A stretch of 62,830 bases of DNA, filler included, from Sphacelaria rigidula (GCA_964200075.2; 5 parts of 5 records of this genome joined end to end with filler, not necessarily neighbours in it); one strand, 5' to 3'; counted from the first letter of the whole stretch, positions 37,760 through 51,173 are shown. The notes: a model not told the origin generated them from the sequence alone. Made by a program: numbers and translations.

Positions 37760-38657
37760 AAAGTTGCGCGGATACCCCTTGGACCAGCGATCAACTTTCT
37801 TCTCGCTTTTGAGCAGCCAGGCCGAAGAAATCGTGAATTTGGTGATTTCGAGTCGAGATGATTTGTCCTAGCCGTGCAATGGACAATCCGCCCGATACTG
37901 TACGCAGTACAACTTCTTGTCTATGTTATAATCTTTTGTCGTTCTCCAGAGTATGAAGTTACAACGAGTTCTCTCAGTGGCCAATATCGTGAAAATTTGA
38001 GGAAAAGAGAAACAAGAAAATCGGAAAAACGGACACACGCAGAGGCACACGCGATTACTGCATGAAGAGCCACGTTGCTCGGCTTATAATTTCGTCAGTC
38101 AGGCTGGACACAAGCCGATGCGTCCAGTTCCAAGATTGGCAGCAATCTACATATACTATTCATTTATTCATCGACCACGAACGTGAAGTTTTTTAGGAAA
38201 CAAATGAATACGACACACATACCACTACGACCCGCGCGTCGCAGAAAAACAAAAAATGACAAGCAAATTCGGTACAGTACTGTCGAGCTGAACCAGGGGA
38301 TTTTTGTCAATTTATTACACCCTGCACGACACATGGCCAATGGATAGACTGAAAATATACTGGGTATAGTACAGGCATATTGCAACTATTATCGGTCGAC
38401 AACAGTTGCAATAGGCCTATACTGAATCCAGAACATATTTGGTATAGTGCATCTATTGACCATATCTTGTCCAGTGTGTGATTTTTCTTGTAAGACGGCG
38501 ATTTTGAATGTTTTTTTTCGCGTCCCACCGCGCATCCCTGTGAACGGTCGATCTCAATGGTTGGGGATCGCAAAATACTGGGCATTCACTCCACCATCCG
38601 AAACAAAATCATGTCCGCACTCATTATTGAACAACTTACGGGCTGAACCGGTTTTCG

Positions 38658-39000
38658 GGGGTCCTGCGACTACCCAGTCCCAGGTTTTGACCCTCGGGTA
38701 TTTTCGCTCGATTGAAGCAATCCTGACAGTTCTCGTGAACAAATATGAATATATATATATATATATGATCTCTACTAACTCATTCCGCTAAAGCAGAAAA
38801 ACTTTTTTTTTTGTTTTATCAGCGTCGGTCGATAACACCCCCTGAGAAACGAAGTATTTACTCCGTATCACCCCAATACCACCAACTTGAGGATTGTGTT
38901 TTGAGCACGATGTACATTTCCCCCCGATATCTATCGACACGAGGCCTTTCGAGTGCTACAGAAGAACAATATACGAAAAAATTCAGAAAAATACCCGACT
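38658..39000 (+). repeat. Dispersed repeat homologous to ~52064-52395
   Basis: Shared ggggtcctgc.act..cccag.ttttga..ggtattttcg.tcgat and cggtc.ataacacc..ctga.aaacg..aacttg.g.attgtgt. Confidence 0.6.
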
Positions 39001-39034
39001 AAAAATATCACCCAACCAGCTCTGTATGGAACAG

Positions 39035-39130
39035 TGGGGGGGAGGGGGGGGCGAGGGGGGGGGGAGGCGTACTCATTTGTTGCTTGCCTTAGTCGTTTGA
39101 CCAATGACCACCCATTCCTTTCGAGACGAG
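39035..39130 (-). mobile_element. 3' fragment of the C-tailed LINE
   Basis: The - strand reads cgaaaggaatgggtggtcattggtcaaacgactaaggcaagcaacaaatgagtacg plus a C-rich tail. Confidence 0.8.
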
Positions 39131-40449
39131 GGGCGAGGGGGGGGGTGAACCAGTTCCAATCGCTCTCGCGAATAAATCCATACGCCCTCATTCTTTCATT
39201 TCACCTGTTCATTGCGCTCGAGCCTAAAAAGACATGTACTTCGATCAAAAACGACGAAATATACCCCCGGTCAATTCAGTCCGTCAGCCATTCAATACCG
39301 AACGCAGAGATTTTTCTTGTTTCGGAATGTGGAGCAGATGGATGGTCAGCATCTTCCGATCCCCAAACTTTGAGATCAAACGTTCACTCGCATGAACGGC
39401 GACACGCAAAAAAACTGTTGAAAATCGCCGATACGGAAAATTACAGAAATCCCCTAGGTCAGCTGGAAACTACTACTCGGTGTATGAATAAGTGCGTGTG
39501 CGTGTGCACGTGAGATTTTTCCCGTGCGAAGATTTTAGTGTCTCTGCTGGTCATCCGTCCGAGTTTCGTGGGAAAATCTCTTGCGTTATACACCGGGCTC
39601 CGGTGGTTCAATTTGTACCCAAATAAGACGGTTGCGGCGGAACTTTGCGGGTCCGGAAAAAATCCCGAAAACAGTGCGGTATTTTTGAGACTGAGAAATG
39701 AAAAAGCAAGAACCACATGCAGGGCCTGCCGCGCGCACGCTGACGGAGAGGACGCGCTGCACGATGTAGTTTTATTTGTCCTTTGAGTTCCCCCGATGAG
39801 CGGTCTTATTAACAAGGCCACTTTTCAGAGAGAGAGAGAGAGAGAGAGAGATACATGCAAGGGGTTCGGCGGCTTACGCCGTCACGCTCAATGAGATCGA
39901 CAGCCAAGGTACATGAGAACCGGTCATCGTTGCTCGCATTGCGTAACGGCACAGGTCATAGTTTCAAGTGGAGTATTTTCCGCCGTGTGCGTATGGTGAC
40001 ACATGTCCCGGGAGCAGGATATGAAGAAGAGGTTTATTGATATTGGATTATCGTACCTACGGGAACGGGTAAAGGACAACCTCAACCGTCGAAGAACACA
40101 CACGGAGACACGCAGTCACGTTCTCCACCCACAGCAACGAATAGGAAACATCGTTCACCGTCGACGAACACACACCCGGGGGCACTCGTACCATCAGCCA
40201 TAATATTATCGCGCCGCTCAATCACCCGAGGACACGAAGACTTGTGACGGACACACACCAGTGTTCGCAACCATGAGTCCAGTACTACTATTGCACCGCA
40301 AAAACGCCCATAACCGCAGTGACTATCGATATTTCCAGTCCCACATCACAATCATGCAATACCCGCAACGTCATAGATATACATGAGAAACGGAATATGC
40401 AATGCATACAATCGACGAACAGTAGGGATCGATCTTCCCTAAAACACGC

Positions 40450-41790
40450 TCAACCATGGACCCCACATCACAGACATTACCCATCGTACGAAACATGGTC
40501 CAAAAACAGACACGAAAAAGGCACACTCCTCAGGCCCTTCGAAAGCTCGTCCTCATAATTTTGAAAACCCTGGCACACAAATCCGGTCCCATCATATGCC
40601 GTCTGACCCGGTATAAGATTCGCTCGAATCGCCTTCCAGTTCCCGTTACACGTCACGGTGAACATTGCACTAGAACGACCCTTTCTTGCAACGACTGGAT
40701 AAAAGCATCTCTCATGTTTTCCTTCATTTTGGCGGAGTGATCGTGAAAATCGTTTGGCAATACCCTACGGATTTGACCACCTTGGGGTGCATCTGCTGAC
40801 GCCTTGTACGTCGTTACACATTTCTGTCCTGCAGGGTCAGATAACTACTGAAGGGACTGTTCTTCATGGCGAGAGCACATACACATATCACACAGATACT
40901 CTTGGGTTACTCTACTCAATCCAGGAAAGACAGGCTCGGACAGCAATCTTTGTCTGACATAATACGCTATTAATAGTGGTGCCTTTTTCCCGCCGGGGCC
41001 GACAGTGACACCAACGAGCCCCTCACTCGGTATCCAGGTGCCCTTTGACCAACCGGTAGTGCCCGAGAAATATAAAAGGGGGTAGCCCAGAGGCTCGTAA
41101 GTGGCGCTGGATATGGGTACGAACCGGGGTCTGCCTGAATCGCTGTTGCGTGGGAAAGTATACACTTGTCGGAAAAACTGAGTACTGTCTTCCTGTAAGA
41201 TGCACGCCGCGATTTCAGACGTCGTGGGCAATTCACCTAAAATCGGTCCATGGGTCGTTCGATTGACGGGACCGAAGCATGTTTGGGCATCGTGAATGTC
41301 ATGGCCGTTTCGCACGATCTCGTCCACTGCGCTTTTATACGATTCAGCCCAGGAATTGTGTTCATCAAGCAGGTTTCTGATTCAGTCGACGATACACGGA
41401 TCGATTCGAGGATTCTCACCGTGTGTCCTCTGCTCGCTGTCATTGACATGAAACCTCGCAGTACAACATGGCGGTCGTGTGTTCTTGGCGTACAGGTTTT
41501 CAGCATCGAAAATTCGTCGATAAGACTTACCGCACAATGTGAGCATGGATTGTCCCCGTGGACCTTGCCAGCAACCGGAAAGACTTGCTCCAAGGGCTGT
41601 GAAAGAGAAAAAACTATTCGACTGGCGTTGATTGTCAATCACTTGTGTTTGGTTGAGTAATTCTCGTCCCGCGTTGAGCAGGGAAGGTAAATCGGGAACG
41701 GCATATTATCCTTGACTGCAACAGCTAGTCGTTTCTTCTGCCCAAAGCATTGCACCGCAATGGTTGCAAATTTTATTGTTTGGATCGGAC
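40450..41790 (-). mobile_element. Degenerate Helitron Rep (N-terminal/HUH region) remnant
   Basis: Colinear Helitron motifs: ICNHCGAMLWAEETTSCCSQG (~41710-41772), YEPLGYPLLYFSGTTGW, YYVRQRL..RVTQEYLCD, VLPNDF..MKENMRDA, RKGRSSAMFTVTCNGNWKAIRANLIPGQTAYD; interrupted by stops and frameshifts. Confidence 0.85.
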
Positions 41791-42737
41791 AGAACAGGGT
41801 ACTTCAGCTTGTGCTTTTCAGGGAGGGAAACGGTATTGTCTCCTAAAGCCACAACGCCAAGACATGGATTTTGTTGTCAGCGTCGGTCAGCAACAAATTT
41901 TCGCGTTGCCTTTTGTGTGGATTTCGTTTCACGAAGTGACAGGATATGACTGCGCATTGCGGCGAATTGATCAGCGGGCACCGTGCCCTGAACAGCAGAC
42001 CGCCGAATAGCAGCCACGACGGCATCAGATGGGCAACCCGAATAATGACGTGAACTGACTTCTGAACTCAGCGGCTGTGATATTTTGAGGGTTGAAGGCG
42101 CGTGAATGCTGTTTTTCTTGTCTTGTGCCGTGGCAGTCGGTGTGGTTTCAGCTCAAGTACATTTTTTCGCTTCAACTCCCGCACTCCTCGGCGGTGCTTG
42201 TGGATGGGGTTTGGCTACACTGTTTTTGTCGCTGCTACTCTTGCACTCCTACGCGATGGTTGTGGTTGGGGTTCGTCTGCACTCTTTTTTTTCGGTGCTA
42301 CTGTGGCAGTTTGACCTCAGCTGCACTGTTATAATTTGTCTGTACTGTTGCACTCGGGCATGGTGTGTGTGATCGGGATTCGGACAGTGTCTGGTTGACT
42401 TAAGGTGCAGTGTTTTTTTTTTCGCTTTTGGTCTGGCACTCTGTTCACTCCAGCCCTACCGTGTTTTTTCGCTGCTACTCTGGCGCTCTGCTTGTCTTCA
42501 GCTGTAGTGTTTTTTTTCGCATATGAGTGGTGGGGAGTAGTGATGGGGCTAGGGGCAGGCTCGGTGCCTAAGAAGATACACCGAAGCCCGAAGCCTGTTC
42601 CACCGACGGTTGATCCTCGAGCTTTTTCAGTTTACCAACGGACAGGCCCGAACGGGCACAACATCGGCGTCATTACTTTCTTTTCGATCACACACTGCCG
42701 TTTCGGGCAGTTCCGATTCACGACCAACTGTGTATAA

Positions 42738-42973
42738 TGCAGTTCAATGTCCAAGTTGAGAAACAACCCGAAATATATCGTTATTTTTTAGCGCCTCGTG
42801 ATGAGAAGTGGCATGCGTGCGGTCGCTCGAGAGGTGGCATATCGTCGGACATGATGCCAATTCAGTCATGATGCAGTTCAATTTTCAAGTTGAGAAACGA
42901 CCCGAAAAAAATGTTCGTGGCTCATGATAAAAAGTGGCGTGCGCGCGATCGCTCGATAGGTGACATCTCGGAC
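42738..42973. repeat. ~133-bp tandem duplication
   Basis: atgcagttcaat.t.caagttgagaaac.acccgaaa...aagtggc.tgcg.gcg.tcgctcga.aggtg occurs twice. Confidence 0.8.
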
Positions 42974-43302
42974 GGTCAAACGGAACCCATCGCACAGTAG
43001 CAAACGAAACGCCCAACCCCACCCCACACAGCGCGGAAAGCGTGTAGTGTGTGCACTCCAAACCCTCCAAACGCGGAAAGCAGAACCGGAACGCACCCGA
43101 CTGCTCAGCGAAATGCAAGCGAAGGGGCTGACAGCGAAAAAATGTTCTCTAGAATCAAGTGAAGAAGAAATGCTGGATTCTCAGAGCTTCAGAGAACGAA
43201 ATGGCCCCAATAGACATGTACTCTAAAATCAAGTGAAAAATACACCAGAAGTGCACCTGTCTGCAGGGCTTGAAAATGATTCGAAACGTAACCTGGACAA
43301 AA

Positions 43303-43408
43303 GATTACACTGTCAAAAAGTATACTGCGTACAGTATCGACTATTACGCCTGTTGCAGTAGACAACGGCTTCCATACTGTACGCAGTACACCTTTTTACT
43401 GTAATCTA
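43303..43408. repeat. ~105-bp foldback/hairpin (MITE-like)
   Basis: agattaca..aaaaagtatactgcgtacagtat pairs with atactgtacgcagtacacctttttactgtaatct; one arm is also seen at ~37895. Confidence 0.65.
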
Positions 43409-44837
43409 GTGTTCAGGTGTGATAATGTACATGTTATCATTTCACATTTTTTCACCACTTTTGCCGAGTTTTTTCTGGCGGCAAGGCATTTTTCCCGCAC
43501 TTTCTTTTGCAGCGCACTAAGGAGGCTCAACGGTACATTACCGTTCAGGTTTGGGAGTCATCTGATTACCTGTGGCGCGTGTTCTGGCCACCGAAAGTCG
43601 CTCAAAGTGACCCTTTTTCGCGGGGTGTCGATCCCGAACCACAAAAGCCTTCTCAAGATCATGGGAAACTTGAAACAGGAACCCGAACCACAAACGCGTC
43701 TTGAAAATCATGCAAAACGTTTTTTCATATTTACTTTTGGCTAGGTATCTTTTCCCCGTGTTTCTCCTTGTCGCGTTCACGTTCATTTGGGGAAACGAAC
43801 ACACCGGTTATGCCGCCAATGTCACGAGAACATGAGAGCAAAGCAGTTAAAAACAATGAAACATTGCCTGGGCCTTAGTCAGCAGCAAACACAAGGCCGT
43901 GCAATGGGCCGTTGGCGAGTTGAACAAGGCACAGCAGACGGCAGCACGGCAGCACAGGAGTATTTGCCGCATGAAACAATCACCCTGTTTTAAAAAAAGG
44001 CCCGATGACGTGGAAGCCACAGTGATGTACAACCGTTTCAGACAAGAACCACCACTCTTATATCCAGAGAAATGCAAACCACTTGTGTACAGCGAAAACC
44101 GACAGCACTGCAAGAACACGCCCGTTAAAATAAATGGCCCGGGAAAAAAAAGGATCGTTGAAAAAGGCTTGGTGAAAAGTTCGGCAGGCTCTGATGAAAG
44201 AACTCAACTCTCGTGTGCAGAGGAGAAGCGAAGCACTAAAAGAACATGTCCGCGACCTTCCCAAGTGAGGGAGAACATGTCAGGAATACCCCACGCATTC
44301 CAACAGCCAGCCAAAGCCACTCTTTTGTCCAGGAAAGTGGAAACTCTCATGTGTAGTGAAAAAGATAAGCACTGAGAGAACATGCGGTACCCGCGAGCTT
44401 CCCAAGTGACAAAGAACATGCCAAGAATGTTCCACGCATTTCAATTTTTCGGGAAGTGCCCCCCGCTGTCATGTCTTTGTGGCACGAGAGCTACATCGCA
44501 CTCTGGCACCTCGGGGAAAACCATACATGTCCCACGCCGACCAAATGTACAACAGAGTTCAACATTACCTTCAGCTCAGATCAAATCCATACACATATGC
44601 CACACATGTCGAAAATTTTGCCGCCCAACAATTGTACAACCTTCACATCCGTCTTACCCAAGTTGGTGAAACTTATCGGGAGCAACCATCCGATAAGACA
44701 TGCGATGTATTGTACAGCCACAATCACTGCTGTTTATTGAGATACAGCAGCCTCTCTTGACCATATATTTTCGACTTGCGTCACCCCCGGGAGGCCCGTA
44801 CCAACATCCCGAAGGGGAACCTTATACATATATAATA

Positions 44838-45808
44838 TACATACCCCCCCGAAGATGTTCTCCCAACAACGAATTGCTGAATAAAAATCATCACGCTAAG
44901 GCCGAATGTTATGGCAACAGATCTTTGGCCCACAGATTTTTTAATTCTGGTGAAACAAGTCCGCAGCAAATTTGGTCTCGGGAACGATATTATGGCAGCA
45001 CACGGATTTTCATACCATACTGTTCTGATTTGTATACCTTCACCAGGGTTTCGAGTTTTATGTTTAGCGTGTTTCAACAGCTCAAAGTCCCGCAGGTGTC
45101 TCGTGTGTTGTGGCGTGCTGTAGTGATATAGAGTCACTGCCGCAGAGAGGTCATCACCACCCCACTAACACCAGCGCTGGTTCTTTCGAGCACATGGGTA
45201 AGCGATCATGCCCCCCTCGTTGCTGCTAAAGTTGAATCCTTCATCGAAGGATCGCAGAACTACCCGCCAGACAGCGACAGTGCGCATCACATGTCTACTC
45301 TATCAACGTCTCCGCAATGCTTTTGCCAGGAGACCGACGAGCAAGGCGTGTCGTTTTTCGTCTCGTACGCGCGGAGCGGGCTCCATGGCGCATCGGCTGC
45401 GGCGTGTGGTTGCTTCGTGTGTTGTTGGTTGTTGTCGACAGGATCACTCACAAAGGCGCAGCCAGCACGCCAGCACATCCTGAAAAACGCGGCGTGACCC
45501 CATATGAATGATGGTCTGCCGGCCAAAACGCAAAAATCCGTGTGCAAAAGTCTGTGCTTGCCGACTCCCGCCAATTTGCCCAAAACTCTGTGGGACTTGG
45601 GCCCCGAATCTTGGCCGCGGACTATTTCACCCAAAACTTCGAATAATCTGTACCCATAACATGGGTGTCACACGAATTATTTCAAACTCTGAAGATCCGG
45701 GGCCGAAGATCTGTTGCCATAACATCCGGCCTAAAGACTTGCGAAGAAATACGCCGATATTTTGAGCAATTTTTCCCTCCCCGAAACTATTTTGGGGGAG
45801 GAATGACA
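44838..45808. mobile_element. Non-autonomous element with long imperfect terminal inverted repeats
   Basis: aggccgaatgttatggcaacagatctttggccc (~44899) is the reverse complement of gggccgaagatctgttgccataacatccggcct (~45700); further matching blocks; the same motif occurs at ~37595. Confidence 0.6.
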
Positions 45809-47599
45809 CACCTTAAAAATACCCGGAACTCTTGGTGTCAGTCTCGTCTACATTTTTCCGACTAACTCTTCCGACGTGAACCACCACGAGTCATAAACGG
45901 GCGTATCTGTGTGAAAAAATAAAAAAAAATCTCAAGAGTCGGCGAATTGCAAATCTGCAACTTTAGGAACACCAGATTTGTCGATGAGGGTATGTACTAA
46001 TTTGGCATCCATCCATCCGCAATGATTTAAAACCTAAAGCACCAACAATCCAGAAAACGAGTATGCCATTCTTCCAGCTGTGAATGAGGTATCAACACAC
46101 AGTGCGAGGGGGGGGAGGGAGGAGGGGGGGGGGTAACAAGCACACACGAAAGTCGGCCTCGAAGCCTGTCTCTTCCAACCTTGAAAATGCAGGCAGACAT
46201 GCGACACGTGTCCCTACGGAATTTCATTGACGGGGCAATTTCTCTCATTTTTTTTTTTCTCGTCTTCTCCCCCCAAACAAGTCACTGAAGAAATAAACCG
46301 ACGCCAAACTTTTGGAGAAATCGGTAATCAGTCTTGAAATGATCTATTTCCTGACCTGGTGAAGAAATCTGCCCGTGCGTTTTTCGGAGAATTTTATTTT
46401 CCCAAAAGTCGTAGATTTCGGAAAAAGAATAGACCCGTTATTAACCTTTTTGGGACTGAAGCTCAGTAACAGGGGGTTCATCATGTACACGTAAAATAAT
46501 AATAAATAAGTCTGGGAGCGATCTGCCCAATCACGGCGAGACGAAATTTATCGACCACATCCGAACGACCAGTGGAGGGGGGCTGTCGCCGGGAGTGATG
46601 TCACTCCAAAGTTGGTGTACCCCGTCCCTGGCCCACAAAAAAGCCTTCCAAGCAAAAGAAAGCCCAAGTGGTCGGGCTTGAATTCCCGTTTTTTTCCATC
46701 ATTTACTTGCATTGTATTTAGGTCCAACCTCCCATCCCCCGGTCTTTTGTGGGGCAACATCCTGTAGTAAAACCTATTTCGCAGTTGATAACACCAACAC
46801 GTGGTGCTCGGGGGAAATTCGGGAATAAATGTACCCTACTACATAATATGTGGTCATGTTCACAAGGCGACTGAATGTAGCGGCGCAGTGCAACGAGAGA
46901 GCTAGAGGCATGAGTTCTGCGTATCCCGCTGTTGAGGCGGTACGAGCGGCGGTGAGGTCGTATGTAATCGACGGGAACGAACAAGCTGTGTATAGGCAGC
47001 TGATCTCCATCGCGGTGAACTGCCTAGAATATGTGAGGAAGTGCGCAGCAGCAGCTGCTGCTGCATTTGAAGAGACGTACCTTACTGTATCTGCGGTGCA
47101 ACGCCCATGCCGTTACAAGAGAATTTGCCGCTTGCGACAAAGAGGGAGACCACGGCCCACCCCGACCACAAAGGGCTGTATGGCAAGGTGATGGGAACAA
47201 TATCCAAGGCCACAAGTGGCGGGCGGCGGTTGCCACATCCCGATTGAAAGCTCTCCACGGCGACTCATACTGCTTGATGCATCTGTATATTACCTGATGC
47301 GCACAACATCCGAATTATAGTACAGACAGTTTGTACCTGCACCTGAAAATAGATTTGGTTCAACTTTTGGTATTCCCCTCACCCTGCGGTTACATAGATA
47401 CGTGGATTTTTAGCGACGTGAAGCCACTGTCTCATACATCTGCATGGCGCGTCATTCATAACCAGCCTCATTGGTCGTTCTGGAGGCCTGGTCCCAAAAG
47501 GGTTGATGTCAACATCCCTGAATAAAAAAATGCATGATCATAGTGTTTTGCTTGTATCGCGTTTCGCGAGTTTTAATCTACGTTCATCTTGTTTTTTTG

Positions 47600-47746
47600 G
47601 TTTCGTTTGATTACCTCATACCTTTTCATAGGTAGCTAGCCTGTGACCACGGAAGGCGTCCGCATCAGATGCCCAGTACGAATGTACCGCGCAGATATCG
47701 GAACGGTTTTTCATGTGAAGACAACAACAACAACAACAACAACAAC
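47600..47746 (+). mobile_element. LINE-like 3' end with (CAA)n tail
   Basis: gtgaccacgg...tcatgtgaagac(aac)n. Confidence 0.5.
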
Positions 47747-48574
47747 ATCGTGATCCCACCAGACCCTATATAAAATAACTTGAAGGTACTGTGCTGGGGA
47801 GTGTCTCTTTACATTCAACACTAGCTAGTGAAAGGATACTCGTCAATAATCTTCACCTCAGCCTAAAAAAAAGCCATTGTATGTTGGGTATAGGGTAAAT
47901 ACCCGGGTATCTACTCTCCCGAATGTTGTGTTGAGATGGTCCGATCTCTAAACTCTACCGAAATATTGGGTAAAGTTAGGCACGATCGCATTACTCTGCC
48001 CAATATCTGGGTGAGTTCGATCTCAATACCCTCACCCAAATTCGGGGTGCTCAGAGTATGATTTTTCAAAATACCCAAATGTTAGAGCTCGGAAATGGTA
48101 CCAGTTATAACTGGTCAGTCTCATGATGATAATAATGGTGATGATTATATGAAAATTTTGGGTGATGGTTTAAAATAATTATTTGCCGGTATCGGCTACG
48201 TAAGCTACGTACAGCACACGTATTTTGTAGGTCCAGTGAAGCCAAATCGCGTAAAAACATGCCTCCGGCACCGCGCCTCCAGCGGGACCCTCCGGGGACC
48301 CCTCTGCCGGGGGGCTTTTTAGCTCGCGGCTTCGGCGCTCGATTACCAAACCTTCATGTACAACTTAACTGGTTGATGGTTGCGCTACACGCGACCACTT
48401 CACGGATTCATGTGTATACAAACCATTTCCGCGCTCTTCCAAATGATGTAGGAAAGACCCTACCCAACAAGCTCTTGGAAAAAAGGTACGAGTACAAGAC
48501 CCGACCGAAAGCAGGCAGTGAGGAATCTTCGTCTATCATTCTCGAAACATTATCCACCCCCACTCACCCATCGA

Positions 48575-48699
48575 ATTCGAAAGAGATGCGTGGTCAATGG
48601 GTCAAACTGACTTAGAGCAAGCAACAAATGAGTACGTATCCTCCCCACCCCCCCCCCCCCCCCCACCCCCCCCGCCCCCCCCCCCCCCCCCACCGCCCC
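48575..48699 (+). mobile_element. 3' fragment of the C-tailed LINE with a long C tail
   Basis: cgaaagagatgcgtggtcaatgggtcaaactgacttagagcaagcaacaaatgagtacg followed by ~60 nt of mostly C. Confidence 0.75.
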
Positions 48700-48839
48700 N
48701 NNNNNNNNNAAATCAAAAAAGATGGCTGGGCCAATGGCTCAACCTACCTAAAACAACCACCCAATTAGTTCCTTTCCCCCCCCCCCCCCCCCCCTTCCCT
48801 CCCCCCAACCCACCCACTCATTCATGCACGCTCACTCAC

Positions 48840-49181
48840 CGCGTCTCCGCCATCCGCATCGTCGCAACCCTCGAACTTTTGTATCAGCACCACACCCACA
48901 CTCACGATGATCAAGTAGGGCAACACCAGCACAAACACAGGCCACCAACACCACGGCAGCCCGCACGGACCAAAATCGGGACCCGCCAAGAAAAGTGGCC
49001 ATCCAAGCCCGGGTCCAAACCACGGTCCGCCCCAGCCAGGACCGCCCGGTCCGCCAAAACCGGGACCGCCTGGTCCGCCAAAACCACCAGGGCCGCCGCC
49101 GAATCCACCTGGACCGCCACCGAATCCACCTGGACCGCCACCGAATCCACCGCCTCCTCCCCCACCTCCAGGTCCGGGCAT
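48840..49181 (-). CDS. Gly/Pro/Phe-repeat protein with one transmembrane helix, probable first exon
   Basis: ATG at 49181; (GGFGGGP)n and (GPGGPG[FW]G) repeats with varied third codon positions; WCWWPVFVLVLPYLIIVSVGVVLI hydrophobic helix; consensus donor GCG|GTGAGT, phase 0. Confidence 0.7.
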
Positions 49182-49430
49182 GTCTTCTTAGTTTTTGGGC
49201 CGGTTGTTGCACCTGATGCAGGTTCACGTTTCCATTTCGCCCCATGTTGTGGGGGTGGGTAAAGGGTTGGGTAATCCAAACGTTTCGGCAATTCGATACT
49301 GATTCTCACAACCGTGCTTTTAACTTGATACAACCTTAGTCTAAAACCTAAAGGGAATGTACAAAACTTGCGTGCACCGGGAGCATATGGTAAACTTATG
49401 GAAAAAAACTCAAGATAAAGCAGAAATTAA

Positions 49431-49527
49431 CCCTTAGACCGCGAGAGTAGTTTTTCTGGACCGTGCATACTTTTTTCACTTGAAATTGATGCCGAATCAA
49501 CAGAAGACTAACCTCACGGTCGAAGGG
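49431..49527 (+). mobile_element. Solo piggyBac-type MITE
   Basis: TTAA-cccttagaccgcgag...cacggtcgaaggg-CTAA. Confidence 0.8.
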
Positions 49528-50245
49528 CTAAACTCAAGTCAGGAGATTATCGCTGGTATCAGCAGGATCTCCTTCAGCAAAACCTACACCTGCTGCAATC
49601 AACAACTTGTAATGAAGTCAGCTCATAACGAACGCCAACAAGCCTGCTATGCATGGTGCAGCATGGCATCAGTATTTCACGGGTCGGACGAATTAATAAT
49701 TAGTCTGGAAATTACTCAATTTTAGTGTGATTAATTCTTACCGCACGAATCAATCCTCAGGTTTCGTCTTCAGCGTTGCAACCCACGTACGCGCAACCCA
49801 GGCACGTGGAATTGCGCAAAAAATGCGTGGAGACCCTTTGACCATCGGTAAACTTTTTTCTCTTTGTTGAGCAGTCAGGCCTGAAAAATCGTGGATTTGG
49901 TGATTTAAACCGGGGATAATTCGTCCGAACCGTGCAATATTTCACGACTGATTGTACAGTACAATGCAACTGTAGCTCAGATATCGTGACACCGTACACA
50001 GCTCTTCTTTTCTTGGTCAGCGTTTGTTGTATGTGTCCTTGGCCTGGACGGTACGGTACCGTTACGGTACTCATACTGCCGCACCGTCCGGGTCGCACTG
50101 TGAAGAAATGAGCAAATAGTAGTGCAGTGGAGCTGGGTCTAGAGTAGAGACGAGAAGTCGTTCGAACCTCATTAGAGAGTTTTTTTTTTTTTTTTTTTCC
50201 CCCTGGGAGACATAAGGAACATTCATTCATCCACTTTTCCTTTTT

Positions 50246-50345
50246 NNNNNNNNNNNNNNNNNNNNNNNNNNNNNNNNNNNNNNNNNNNNTTAATTAATTA
50301 ANNNNNNNNNNNNNNNNNNNNNNNNNNNNNNNNNNNNNNNNNNNN
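50246..50345. other. Artificial scaffold linker
   Basis: N44-TTAATTAATTAA-N44. Confidence 0.98.
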
Positions 50346-50415
50346 GGTCAATGGTCGAGCGACGAAGGCAAGCAACAAATGAGTACGCGCCCGCCCCCCT
50401 CCCCAAGGCACTCAC

Positions 50416-50674
50416 ACCATCCGACCCAAAGGATCAGTGTTCCCAACGTCTGTAGCGCCGGGCTCTGCTGGGGCAAGCGAGCCACCGACCCGTCAGGCCG
50501 AAATCGTCCCTGTCGTGGCTTGACCGCTCGAGCTGCTACTAGCGCCGCAGTTCCCCCGACCATGTGCACCACCCCGGACCCCGCAAAGTCCGCCGCCCCA
50601 CAACCCGCGAGCGGCGGGAGCGTGTTGCGGTAAGGGCTGGCCCAGCCCTCACTGTGCCACGCCCAATGAACCAC
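50416..50674 (-). CDS. AMT: Ammonium transporter (AMT1 type), exon
   Basis: VVHWAWHSEGW...DFAGSGVVHMVGG (AMT signature)...PRQGRF...LGTLILWVGW; cacAG acceptor and T|GTGAGT donor. Confidence 0.95.
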
Positions 50675-51072
50675 CTGTGACATATCCATCATTTTCATTT
50701 TTCGCGCGCTTGAAATCCGACAAAAAGACACGACATGCGTAGAGTCGTACACTCATGGGTCTTCTCACACAAGCTAATGAATACTCTGTGCGACTTCATC
50801 AATCCCCTCAGCCTCCTTCACTCCACTACACGGTTATTTTCTGGCACTAGCTTCGTTGTTCACTACTCGACTCTGGTACATGCGGTAAATACTAATCGAC
50901 AAGGAGCTAAAACTCCGCCCGCTTCAGGGCGATGACGGAGGAGCGCCTCGGGGAACAACTTGGTTTGACAGCAATGAGTACAAGGCAGACAAATTGCACT
51001 TACTTCACAACAACAACGACAACACACGACCCGAGACCTCCCTAAAAAGGCGGAACATAAACGTCATCTCAC

Positions 51073-51173
51073 CACGGGGTAGATGAAAGATGTCAATACG
51101 ATAGCGTACATGACGTACGCCGCGATTTTCACTCGTTCCGCGATCGCTCCCGATACAATCGTTACACTCGTGG
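51073..51173 (-). CDS. AMT: Ammonium transporter, exon
   Basis: ATSVTIVSGAIAERVKIAAYVMYAIVLTSFIYPV; cgcAG and GTGAG sites; phases 1/0 fit both neighbours. Confidence 0.95.

Noticed and set aside
45290-47200. Downstream AMT exons
   Set aside because: Different scaffold, and no AMT motifs (GFN, NG.LAGLV.IT, DD...HG) were found.
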